This document shows positions 38,420 through 49,100 of a stretch of 64,000 nucleotides of DNA, in pieces. Made by a program: the position numbers and the translations under genes. The notes under the pieces were generated by a model. That model made no database searches and was not told where the DNA came from. It saw nothing but the letters and a program-made list of their open reading frames with translations. Location: positions 1,550,001-1,614,000 of the forward strand of contig NC_045725.1 of assembly GCF_009834535.1 (NCBI RefSeq). Direction: 5' to 3'. Position 1 is the stretch's first letter. Every line of letters begins with the position of its first letter. Source of the DNA: Camelus ferus (lineage: Eukaryota).

Positions 38420-38799
38420 GGATCTACTCTCTAGCTACAGAGACAGCCGGCACGGCGTCAGACACGTCCTCTCCAGAGGCAGTCTACCGAGAAGTGTTCC
38501 ATGCAGGTCTCACGCGGCCACACGCAGGGTGGGCCGGGGTCGTGGGCGGCAGGGGCAGGACTCTGTTACAGACACGAAGCCACAGATCTTCAGCGATTCA
38601 CAGTCCTGAGTAAATGTTACAGGCATGGCTTTCAGATGTTTGTGTCTTTCTGTGGCTTCAAACAAAGCAAGACGTCACCGTGCAGAAGAACGCCGTGAGA
38701 GTGGTTCTTCCTGTGGGCGAGCGCCCATCTTGGGCTGGATGCGTCCCGGCCGCCCCCCGGGTGCGATTCAGCTGTGTCCCACGAGGGGGCGTGAGTTCC

Positions 38800-38807
38800 T
38801 AAGGCAC
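38800..38807 (-). promoter_or_regulatory. miR-124-3p 8mer site (GTGCCTTA) in the NFATC1 3'UTR
   Basis: Plus TAAGGCAC is the reverse complement of the 8mer site. miR-124 repression of NFATC1 is reported in the literature. Confidence 0.6.
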
Positions 38808-39782
38808 AGTTGTTAGCTGAACCGTTTTAACTAAACCATGCTTTTTGGTTACGTGAAACAGCAGGTCACTGCTGGCGATAATGTGTGATAAGCTGTTAAC
38901 TGGACAAAAGGCAGAGTAAAGCTTACGCTAACCTACCTGTTAAAAGCAACTAAGCTGGAAACACACCACAGTCACCGCATATTCAAACGCTGTTTTTGGT
39001 AATTGTTTTCTTACAAGAAGCAGTTATAAGGCTTCTGTGAAATAATCATCTTACAGCTGAACAAATATATTACACTCCTTCTGTAACGCTATTTACAGTT
39101 ACTTTCCAATTTTGCCATTTGGTAACAGCCGATGTTGTGAACACAGGTCTCCTGGCTTCTAAAGTGCTCGGTCACCTGCTCGAGGAGATAAAATGCAGAC
39201 CTGTCGGGGGTGACGCCCCGCGGAAATGGCTGGGAAGCCAGGTGTGGAGCCCTGGTGCATCTTCCAGACGGGACACTGGCTACTGCTGACACGGATGTCC
39301 GTGCCGGGCGCAGCCTGAGCGTCACCACCTCTGCTGCTGCTCACACACAAACATTCACCTAAACATGTGCACACGTGCAGGTGCCAGCTCTGTCCTGGGA
39401 CAGGTCTCTTTTTCTGCCCAGCAACCTATCTTGTGCTATTCCACTCCTGGGTGCTATGTTCAAAGCCAGATTAAGCACAAAGTCCTAGCATGCTGCAACG
39501 AACAGCCCTACGGTTTGAGTAACATGGAGGGGACGATGTCCTGAAAGCACTGAGATGACACACTGGAAGAGCTCTGAGACGCACCGAACACGTCCAGCCC
39601 AGGAAAGCCGAAAAAAGTAGGAGACGCGTGTTGGGTTTTCCCACAGCACCCAGCCCTCTCAGCGTACACAGGGATGAAGCCCCGTGACGAGGCGTCTTTA
39701 CAGGCTCGCTCCTACACACGCCCTCCTGGTAGCAAGTTCAGCGCTCAGCCCTACGATGCCCCAATGCTGTGGTCTGGGTGAA

Positions 39783-39790
39783 TAAGGCAC
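39783..39790 (-). promoter_or_regulatory. Second miR-124-3p 8mer site in the NFATC1 3'UTR
   Basis: Plus TAAGGCAC at 39783-39790. Confidence 0.6.
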
Positions 39791-40103
39791 TTCCGGTATG
39801 AGCTCCAGGGGTGCCCGAAGGGTACGGCTTGGGGTCGGCCGCCAGGTCGTGGGGAGCCGCACTCGGTCTGTCTCCTGCACTCCCCCCCACCCACCCACAC
39901 ACTTTCACTTCCTCCTTGAGATGACTTTCCTTCAGGAGGTGGAGTGGTCGTTCCTTCCTCCCTCGAGCTCCTTCTTTGTACAAATGCTGAAACCTTCACG
40001 AAGGTGGGAGTTCTGAGTGGCACCAGGTGTGAGTTCAGTTTGTTTACGCAGTTGTCACTGTCAAGGCGGCATCCCGCGGCTTCTCAGAGTCCGACGTCGC
40101 CAC

Positions 40104-40153
40104 CTAGGAGTGGATGTTCGTGCTGGAGAGGTCGTTTCGTATTATTTCATTTA
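40104..40153 (-). CDS. NFATC1: NFATC1 terminal coding exon, C-terminus of the long (C-type) isoform: (V)NEIIRNDLSSTNIHS*
   Basis: After ...ttttcttgcag the minus strand reads TA AAT GAA ATA ATA CGA AAC GAC CTC TCC AGC ACG AAC ATC CAC TCC TAG. With the phase-1 G from the upstream exon this matches the human NFATC1 end LDDVNEIIRNDLSSTSTHS at all but two residues. Too short for the ORF track. Confidence 0.95.
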
Positions 40154-40180
40154 CTGCAAGAAAACAAAGACAGAGAAAGC
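40154..40180 (-). promoter_or_regulatory. NFATC1: 3' splice site (polypyrimidine tract + AG) of the NFATC1 last exon
   Basis: Minus strand ctttctctgtctttgttttcttgcag directly precedes the recognised coding segment. Confidence 0.92.
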
Positions 40181-43100
40181 CTTAGAGAAACCACACTCTG
40201 CATAGACGTTAACGTAAATCACCAGAAATTCCATCAGTCAGTTACGTTCAACCTGTGGAGAAGTGACCCCCCAGAGGACCCAGCAGTCCTTCAGCTTCCC
40301 ACCTGGGCCCCCGAAGTGTCCTGAGCCGGCAGGACGCAGCTGCCCCGGACCTGGTGACCGTGACGCAGAGACACTGCTCTGGCCAGAGACACAGTCAGGC
40401 GCCGACCGGCCTGGAGCTTCGATGCCAAAGCAGTGCTGATCCAGGAGCCAGGAGTGTCTTTTCCAGGTTCCACAGGTTTGCAAAAGCAGCAGGCGCCCCC
40501 GCCCCCCGCAGTGGAAGCCTAGGCTCGTGACCGCCCTCTCCCTGGCCCTGCTGTCAGAGGACGGAGAGAAGGGCCGACTCCCCCCCAGCTTGGGGCTCTT
40601 CCTTCACTTCTGTTCCCGTGTCCAGGTCGGTACCGGCATGTGATTTTTGGCAGCCGGGGAGGAAATGAGCGAAGCTGGCAGAGGCCGTCAGGAGTGGACT
40701 GCACAACATCCCGCCTCCACCCCACCTGATCGGGCAAATGTCGCCGGGGAGGCTGTCACCGCCGCTCACCCTCCCAGCAGAACCCCGAGGTGGGGATGCA
40801 CTCACGTCACGGAACTGCCGGGCTTCCCTCCGCGCAGATAAAGCCCGGGTGTTTCTGTAGAGGCCCCTGCCCTCCAGGGCGGCTTCCTGGACAATCAGTG
40901 GCAGTGCGTCCCACCCCCAAATTCCCTTTCAACACCCCCCAGCTGTTTTTAAGAATAACAATAACAAAGTGCGGCGGGGAATGGGGGACTTGTGTCATGG
41001 GAACTGATAACTGGCTTGCTGGCTCAGGTCACAGCCAGACCCCGCACGTGGAGCCCAGACCCCCACCCTTCCCGTGGGGCTGCTGGCACGGTCCCAGGGG
41101 ACAGTGCCACTGGCCACCCGCTGCGGGGAGGGGCGCCAGCGTGACCAGCCCCTCTCAGAGCAAACCCAGAAGACCTGAGGTGGGCGTGAGGACACAGTGG
41201 GCCTGACAGACCCCGCACGTCCTCCCAGGGGCCTTGGCTTCACGCGGGAAGGCCCAGAGGGCTGGCTTTGCGGCCACTGTGTCCTGGCTGCGGAGGAGGC
41301 CGCGCATCCCGAGGCCACAGCCGGTTCTCTGCACGCTCGTCAAGGCATCAGCCATGCTCTCCCTCGTCCTGTTCACACCGAGTGCAGAGGGGAACCAGAG
41401 ACCGCGGCTCCCTCCGCTTCCTCCATCTCACTTGTTTTTGAAGAGACGCGGGTCCCAGGTTCGCTGATGTGGCCATGAAAGCACATCCTGACGAAGGACA
41501 GGGGCAAGGCCCGAGCCTCTTCGGGGTTTTGTCTGTGCGGGGGAAAAGGCACACCTGCAGGCAGGACGTCTCTGAACCAGGCAGAGTGAGGGGAACAAAC
41601 CAGAAAGGTACGGAGCGTATGTGCCGAGTGCCCCCAAGACAAGGCGATGACGCCAGCACCCCGGAGGGCATCACAGTTTATTCACACAGCACCAGACACT
41701 TCACAAATCGCTCTCACGGCCACCCTCGCATTCTGTCCTAAAACAACCCTAGGCGGGCCCAGCGGGTCCTCCTAACCAGTTTTCAGGTTAAATAAAAGGT
41801 CTGGGGCCGCACGCAGTCAGTGTCCCTCCCACTGGGCGCTGGGTGCTGCTGGGAGGGTGGAGATGGGGCCGGGAGGCTGCCTCGTTCCAGGGTGGGGGGA
41901 GATTTCCTGGATGGGGTCCCACCTGAAGGAGAGGTCCCGCTTTCAGTCATACCGCACCCCACACCGCGCGCCTGGGATGGCCTTCTCAGCCCATTTTCAG
42001 GACAACAGAAGTCCCAGACCCAAAATCTGATTCTGGAAAGTCAGCAATGGGCAGTTGAAGAATGTCTGAGGGGCGCCCAAGGGTCATAATACTGGGGACT
42101 GGGAGGGGGGCCTGAGGGTCATAAGGCAGTAAGCAAGGGAGCTGTGAGCTGCTTGTTACTCAGGGTCGAACAGACCACAGGAAAAAGAACTTCTGTTTGA
42201 TGAGAGAAAAGCAGAAGCAGCAGTGGCTGTGGGCTTCCCCTCGCGGCCCACGGGGGCACCTGGGCCCTGGAGGGGGCACCCGCGCTGGTGCGCGTGGGGC
42301 AATCGCTCAGCGTGGTGGGAGCCGTCCAGGCGCAGACAGGAGGCCGTGACAAGGCTCCTCTGTGGGTGGTGCCCGGCCCAGCATCTGTCCCGTCGGGGGC
42401 CGTCAGGATCCCCCGGGAGCGAGACCCCCCGGCCCATCACTGAGGGCTGGTGGTCTCTGCCGAGGACGGGCCCTGCCTCCCTGATAACCTGGGGCTGGAG
42501 GTGCTGGGCCCTCCAGTCCCACGTGGTCCGCGCCTGGCCCCGTCAGGTTGGGGTCTCTGTTTCATTCATCTTAGGAACACACTCAAGAATCACCACACAT
42601 GCACAAATGTCCTGGATCTCCCCCGAGTGCCCCAGGGGACTGAGCAGGGCAGGCAGAGTGGACAGAGAGTGAAGGCGGGGGAGGCCCCACACCACCGCCC
42701 ACACAGCCGAGGGTGGGCGCCCAGGGCTGCCCTCTTCTGCACAGACACAGTCTGGCAGGAGCCCTGGGGGACGGACGCCATGCTGGTTCCCACTCAGATG
42801 GGTGAGGAAAGGAGACATCTGGGGAGGGCTGACCAGGGTCAGGTGGTCCCCGCGGGCGGCTGAGAACAAGAGCACAGGGTCCCGAGGCCCCGCTCCCCTC
42901 CCGGCCACGACTTCCTATCTCCCCTCCGTGAGGTCACGGTTTCGGGTCCATATCAGGCCCCGGTGCCCCCGGGCTCCGTGCGGTTACTTCGGGGGTGGCT
43001 CCTCTCTGATATGGTTGTGCCGACACCACCTACGGTTTCCCACAGTGTCTTCTCTCCGCTGATAATTTCCACCTCCTTATTCAGCTTTTCCACCGACACA

Positions 43101-46100
43101 GAGGTTTTTCTTTACAGGAGTATTTTGAACTGCAGGTAACATGTGACCCCCCCGGGATCGTCAGAGACCTGAAAGAGGAACCTTCGCTTTGCTGAGCGTC
43201 AGACATCCCCACAACAGGATGTGGGGAGCTGTTACACCACAATTTAACTTAACAAGAAGGGTTTTTCCCTTATATTTAATTTTTCTCTAAAACGCTCCTA
43301 AGGTGGAAACTTGTTTTTTCCCTAAAACTCATGTGGCAGTTAGAATTGCTGTTTCAGTCTGGGATCTGTGCCCCCCCCCCCAAAACACACACAGATCCAC
43401 CTCTACATTTACATCTGGAATTGAGCGAAAAGGAAGTACTCTGTAAAGCACAGAAGCTAACACGTACAGGTGCAGGCACAGTTCCCGCCTGTGCTCGCAT
43501 CATGTCAGAGCGCAGGGCCAGCGTCCTTCCGGACACCACGTAAAGACCCTGCGCAGCTCACAGGCGAGCCGGCGCCAAACAGCAAGGCGAAGCGCTGTTT
43601 GTTAAGTAAAAGCGCTGTTTCACACTGTGACTTTCTTCGTCTGCCCAGCGCTCGGAGAAAGCCGACCTCAGAGCCTCGCGCTGCGGGAGACGCCCCAGCT
43701 CACGCCTCAGGCTCCACGCGGAGCCGTGTGGCCGTGCTGAGGACAGGGCAGGCCTGAAAGGAGCTGCGGGAGTCTGAATAGGTTTAACGTGCTTCCCCCC
43801 GTCACGGGCCAGCCTTTAAGCAACGGTCCTCCCATGTCTGAATTCTTGGCTTCCAGACGCAACTTAGGATCTCAAATCAAATTTTAAGGACTGAAGGAAC
43901 TGACGTGCCCACCTCTCACACGGCCTCACGGCAACTGGCACGTGTTACTCTCACGTGAGGAAGTACCACAGGCGGCCTGACCACGGATCCTGTGGACGGA
44001 CAGACCACGGGACTCAGCCAGTGCCCCGGGGCAGCCAGCGAGGAGGCCGGGCCCGGACTGGGTGACCTGCGGGGCCAGCCCTGCCACCTGCACGCCCCCA
44101 GACCTGCAGACTGCTCCCTGTGCCGACCTGCAGGGCGGGCGGCAACAGCTCTTCCTTGACGCTTACTAGGAAAGTCAGGAAAGGCCGGCGCCAAGGGGGA
44201 TGGACGCAGGGGTCCACCCTCACCGTCCTGGCCTGCATGGCCACGCAGGACACGGGGTCCCTGTGGCAGGGGAGGCTGTGGCAGCCACTCCTCTCCTTTA
44301 CTGTGTACAGCAAACCACCCGCCAACACACATACAAACACGGCATTCTGTTTGAGTTAAAAACAAATCAAAACCAAAACTTTTCTTTCTGTCATTTTTCC
44401 TATACCAGCTTTTATGTGCTTTAGGAAAAAAAATTTAAAGGGAGGAGATGATACAGGCGAGCAAAGAGCCCACGGTCCACATCGTCACCGTTTCTACCGC
44501 GTGGGGAGGATGGCGCGCTGCCAGCCCCAGCACGGCCTCGGCTCCAACACGCGGGACACGAGTCCAGAGCCCACAGGGCGGTGCCCACCCTGGAGGGGCC
44601 TCCGGCCGCTGTCCCAGAAACGTCGCCCTGAAGCCCCAGGAGTAGGGCCTGCTGATCTGCCCTGTTCCCCACGGGAAGTCCCCGGAGGCTCCGAGCGTCT
44701 GCTCCAGGCCTGACGGACCTGGAGAGCTCTTACTCAGCGTGACCTCCGTGTGGCAGCTGCCCACACGCCCCACCCACCCTGCCCGGAGGCGGTGTCTCCT
44801 GCCAGTGTCACGGCCTTATCAGTCCCAGGACCTTATCACCAGCTGCCCCGCTTCCTACTCTAGGTGAAGGTGATAGTGTGGCTTCTGTGTCTGACTTTAA
44901 ATAGGGCCTTTTTCGCAGTGATAACGCAGTCACTTTAAGCTGCGAGAGGAAAGAATGACTATGAAGGAAAACCCAGGGTCCTGACATCGCCCGTCCCCGA
45001 GGCCCCAGGAAGTACAGGACGATAGGGGTCAGAGCTGAAATATGAACCTGGAGGAAAGCGCCCCTGAGGGGTGACAGCCACAGAGCACAGCCAGGTGGAG
45101 CCTGCTTTCCAGGGCAGCGCCGGCCGGCAAGGCCACCTCTGGGCTGCGAGCAGTCTCGGCGCCGAGCGTCCTACGAGCCTCCCTCCGTCTCGGACTGAAC
45201 CCCCCCACGTCCACGCCGCACCACTCTAACCACCGCTCAGAGACGTGTGAGAAACCTCCCCTTAGGATGCCTGACGCAGGGTCCTCGCCCCGAACACGCC
45301 ATCTGGGGGAGGAGCCGCTGGACCAAGTGCCAACAGAGGCAGCTGGGTCGTCCTCGCGGTGATGCCCCGTGCCCGCTGGGCTGCGGGTCTCACTCGGGAG
45401 GACTGACTCAGGTCCCGTCCTGCGGTGGCCAGGACTCCCAGGCACCTCTAACGCAGAGACAAACTCCTCCCGCGCAGCTGCGTGTGCTGGGGAGACGAGG
45501 CGTGGATCTCAGCATCCTGCCCAGCCCTCTGGGAGGGGCTACTACTCTCACTTTGGACCGGACCAGAGAGGGCAGGAGACGTGCAGTCCTCACACAGCAG
45601 GGGAACGGAAGCCTCCACCAGAGCCCCCTCCCTGCCCCAGCGACGCTGCCGGCCTCTCCACCTCCTCCTGCTAACGTCCTCCGAGCTGGCGTGCTGTCCC
45701 GCATCTGCAGAGGGGCGAGGAGAGCTCTGGCACTTTCCGGCGGACTTGCAGTCTCCTGTGGGCGCGGGAGTCACCCCGGCCTGCAGTGAACGCAACTCTG
45801 GGCTCCCTCACAAAGCACAAACGGGACGCGGGACAGGGCCACCTCAGCTCTTTTGATTTCCTGTCTTTCTGACAACGTGGGCATCCCTGTGTCATCAGAA
45901 CCAGATCAGAACCAGGACCTGTGCAGGCTTCTCAAGCTGATGCACACACATCAGCTGTGTCTTTCCGCTTCTGTCTCAGAGAATCGACAACGTTGCTGAT
46001 CTCTCGTGGGTGACGGTCGGACAAACAACGGGGGAAGCGGGAGAGTGTGGCAGGCTCTGCCCCCGTCCCTGGTCGGGACCCCATCGGAGTCATGGGGCCT

Positions 46101-49100
46101 GCGAGCCGGCTGGGGAGGAAGGGCCAGGAGAGGCAGGAGCGAGAACCTTCCAGGTGGTCTCCGCAGACACCATCCCCGTGTCTCAGGCCGGGACCTCGGC
46201 TTAGAGAAGAAGAACCCTGGCCCAGCAGCGCTAGCCCAGCCTCGCTGCTTAACCCTTGCTTTGGGAAAAGCTGGCTCAACTCAGATGAGCACCACGTTCT
46301 GCAGACACGACTTTCATGCCCATTTAAAAAACCACATTTGTTGATACCGCTCAGCATGTAGCTTAATCACACAAACCACACACTCAGTTACATAAAGTGC
46401 ACACAACACCCTTTGAAGCATCTTCTTCTTTCTCAATGGTTACGTTAGTTCCAGTAAGGAACCCAACTGTACTACGAGTTTTTAAAAAACAACCAAGCTT
46501 GTCTACTGCTACTTAGCAAGCCAGGCAGCCCAGCAGGGACACTGTCACCTTTTCCGTTTCTGGTTTACAGCGTGCTTCGATGCTGCTTTTTCATGACGAG
46601 AACAGCTCTTTAAAGCCGTCATTGTCCCTTAAACAGCAGCAGAAGCACAGAAGGCCCTGACGGCTCCCCCAGGGTCCAGGCGGAACCGCGTCCCCGCCCG
46701 GCTCCTGCGCGGCACCCCACGTCGCAGCTCAGGATCAAGTTACACGCTGCTCGTCCACAAGCACACGGCACAAAAGCTGCTGCGCCGGCTACCCCGCGCC
46801 TCTCTGAGGGACGGGAAGACGCATATTCTTACGCAGGACAAGTTGTCAGGAACGTCTTTATTTTTAAGGGAGGCCAAAATAGCTTTTTGAAGAGCAAAAC
46901 AGAACAGGAAGGACATTCTTTCCCGTTCCTACAACTAACTTTCCCAGAAAATACACCTTTGGCTAAAGTTAGTGTTGTCAGCTTGGAGGGCAGTAATTTA
47001 GGGACAGAAGCAGCACCAGAAGGTCTGAGGCCAAGCCTATTCTTGAAGAACTGACTGCTAAGGCGTCTCCAGGCTGCGCTGGCTACCCCTGCAAACCCAC
47101 TGACTCCCGGATAAGGAAGCCCGTGGATGGCAGCTGCAAACCCTGCGAAGACAAAGGCTGTCACTGTGGGGACCTTCCCGGGGCGGGGGCAGGTTTTGAT
47201 GAACACGCAGCGCCCACCTTTTCTGCCGGACACTCAGACTCACGCGGTGCTCACTTGAGGTGTCAGCAGATGTGAGTGGAGCCACGATTGAAGCCACACC
47301 TCAGAGACCAAGACAGAGGGGGAGGGGAGTGTCCTCCCCGCCCCGTGCAGGCAGAGGAGGAGTGAGGTGGCGGCTCTCACGTGGGCGCTTCAGTGTCGTG
47401 AGAGGAGCTGACCTCTTAGAACATCTACCGTCCGTACTTCCTCCTGCCAGGTGGGCACCGGTCAGCGGTCCCCCAGGGGCGGTGGGCTCTGTCCAGCGTG
47501 GCCTCCCTGGTCCACCTGCAGCCCCCAGCACCTCCCATGTGGGCGTGCTGCCGCTGTGAAGCTCTGGGCTGAGAACGGGCCGTTCAGCCACGAGTGCATC
47601 GCAGCCACTGTAATTCTGAAAATGCAGAGTTGCAACATCACTAAAACCCGTTTTTACTTTTCTGATTTTTTTTAGAGCTGCTTTGTGAAGCAGTGGAAAG
47701 TAAAACAGTTTCTCCAGTTTCATTAAAAAGTAAGTTCTTGTGTTACCTCAGGTGTCCTGGACCTATTTCAGCCTTCACTTATTTTTATCTTTTTAATCAT
47801 AATAAGGCACTGCCACGGGGCCTGCTATTTTGGGAAGGAGAGAGTGGGACAGTGGAGGGCCTGCATGACAACAAGTCACGGTTTTAATAAAACATGACCC
47901 TCCCAGCTGGGTGTGGGGCTGCACTGACGGGCACCATTGTTACGTGGGACTGCCAGCCATTAAAACGGAATAATTGTCCTACCTCGGTGGCTGCTTCCTT
48001 ATTTAGCCTGAACACTCCCAATAATGCAAACCCCTGTGTGGAAACTCCAGCGTCCGTGGGGAACGGGCCAGCCGCGTGCCTGGGAGGGGCCGCGGCCAGT
48101 CCACGTGCTCCCACCGATGTGTCGCGGGGCGTATGCCTCCCATATTCCTGGGCTATTATTTTATCTGCGCCAAGCGCATTCCGCTTCCTCGCTGGGATCA
48201 TTAAACCACCACCAAGCATTTCCAGGGCTCGCTCTGTACCGTTAGAAAACACATTCTCCCCAGTTATGAAATTCCTAGTCAAACGATTAACGGAACGGGA
48301 AAAATTAAAAAGCCTCAAAGCCTCCTTTAATTAAAAAATAAAATACAGTACATGGACCTGGACAAGGAGGCGTGTGGGTCTGCAGGCTGGCCTTCCTGCC
48401 CCTCTGCCTTGGGACACGGGTCCTTCCCCAGGTCCCGAGACACCAACCAAGGGGCTGTTCCTTCTCTGCAGGGCAATGGAGGGGGATCATGAGGCTGAAC
48501 ATTCCCGCTCCGAGTCTGGGGCCCGAGAGGGTCCAAGTGGATCAGAAAGGAGCCGGGGCCTGGCCTCTCTCTGGGCGTCACTGCAACACCCCGGCCGCCG
48601 GGCTTGTAGACCCTGCTCCCTCCCGAAGCCGTGTCCCCGTGGTGGGCTGTTGAGAGCACAGGCGTAACCTGTGGGTGTTGGGGTGCGTGGCGTGCGGGTG
48701 TTTGTTCTGGTTTGTGTTGGGTGTGGTTCTCGGCAGGATTCACTAGGAAGGGGCCAGGTGTGGCTGGTGGGGTGAGCCTGGCGTGGTGGCACAGGGTCAC
48801 TGCAGGAGAGCACCTCGGCCTGTTTCACAGTGCGGTGCCTCCAGTCCACCTTCAACAGGGGTCCAAACTGTAGCTGCAGAACCCAGGTGGCCGTGCACCC
48901 TCCCTGCGCCCCCGCACTTGCAGCAGGCTGTCGGGCACCTGGCCCCCCTCCCGCCTCGGCTGGGGCTGTGTCCAGCGGGCTGCGTCTCTCCACACCGTCC
49001 TGTGTGCCTGACGGAGGCAGTCACAGCTGTCCCAGGACAGCAGGGCTCAGACCTCCGCCCGGGCTCTGCACTCAGCCGCCCGGCCACCTCTGCCTCGTCT

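Larger units (their letters stand above)
38395..40103 (-). other. NFATC1: NFATC1 3'UTR (distal poly(A) isoforms); 3' end approximate
   Basis: Runs from the stop codon to an AATAAA. The total exon of ~1.76 kb is similar to my recollection of the human last exon (~1.8 kb). Confidence 0.8.

Noticed and set aside
43118-43135. 18-nt plus-strand mini-exon (tttacag|GAGTATTTTGAACTGCAG|gtaaca)
   Set aside because: Antisense to NFATC1 with no supporting partner exons. It could belong to an antisense RNA, but there is no evidence here.
47584-47617. Minus-strand acceptor at 47616 giving LDD-ELQWLRCTRG*
   Set aside because: No good downstream donor or poly(A) signal. The likeness to the NFATC2 'EL...' tail covers only two residues.
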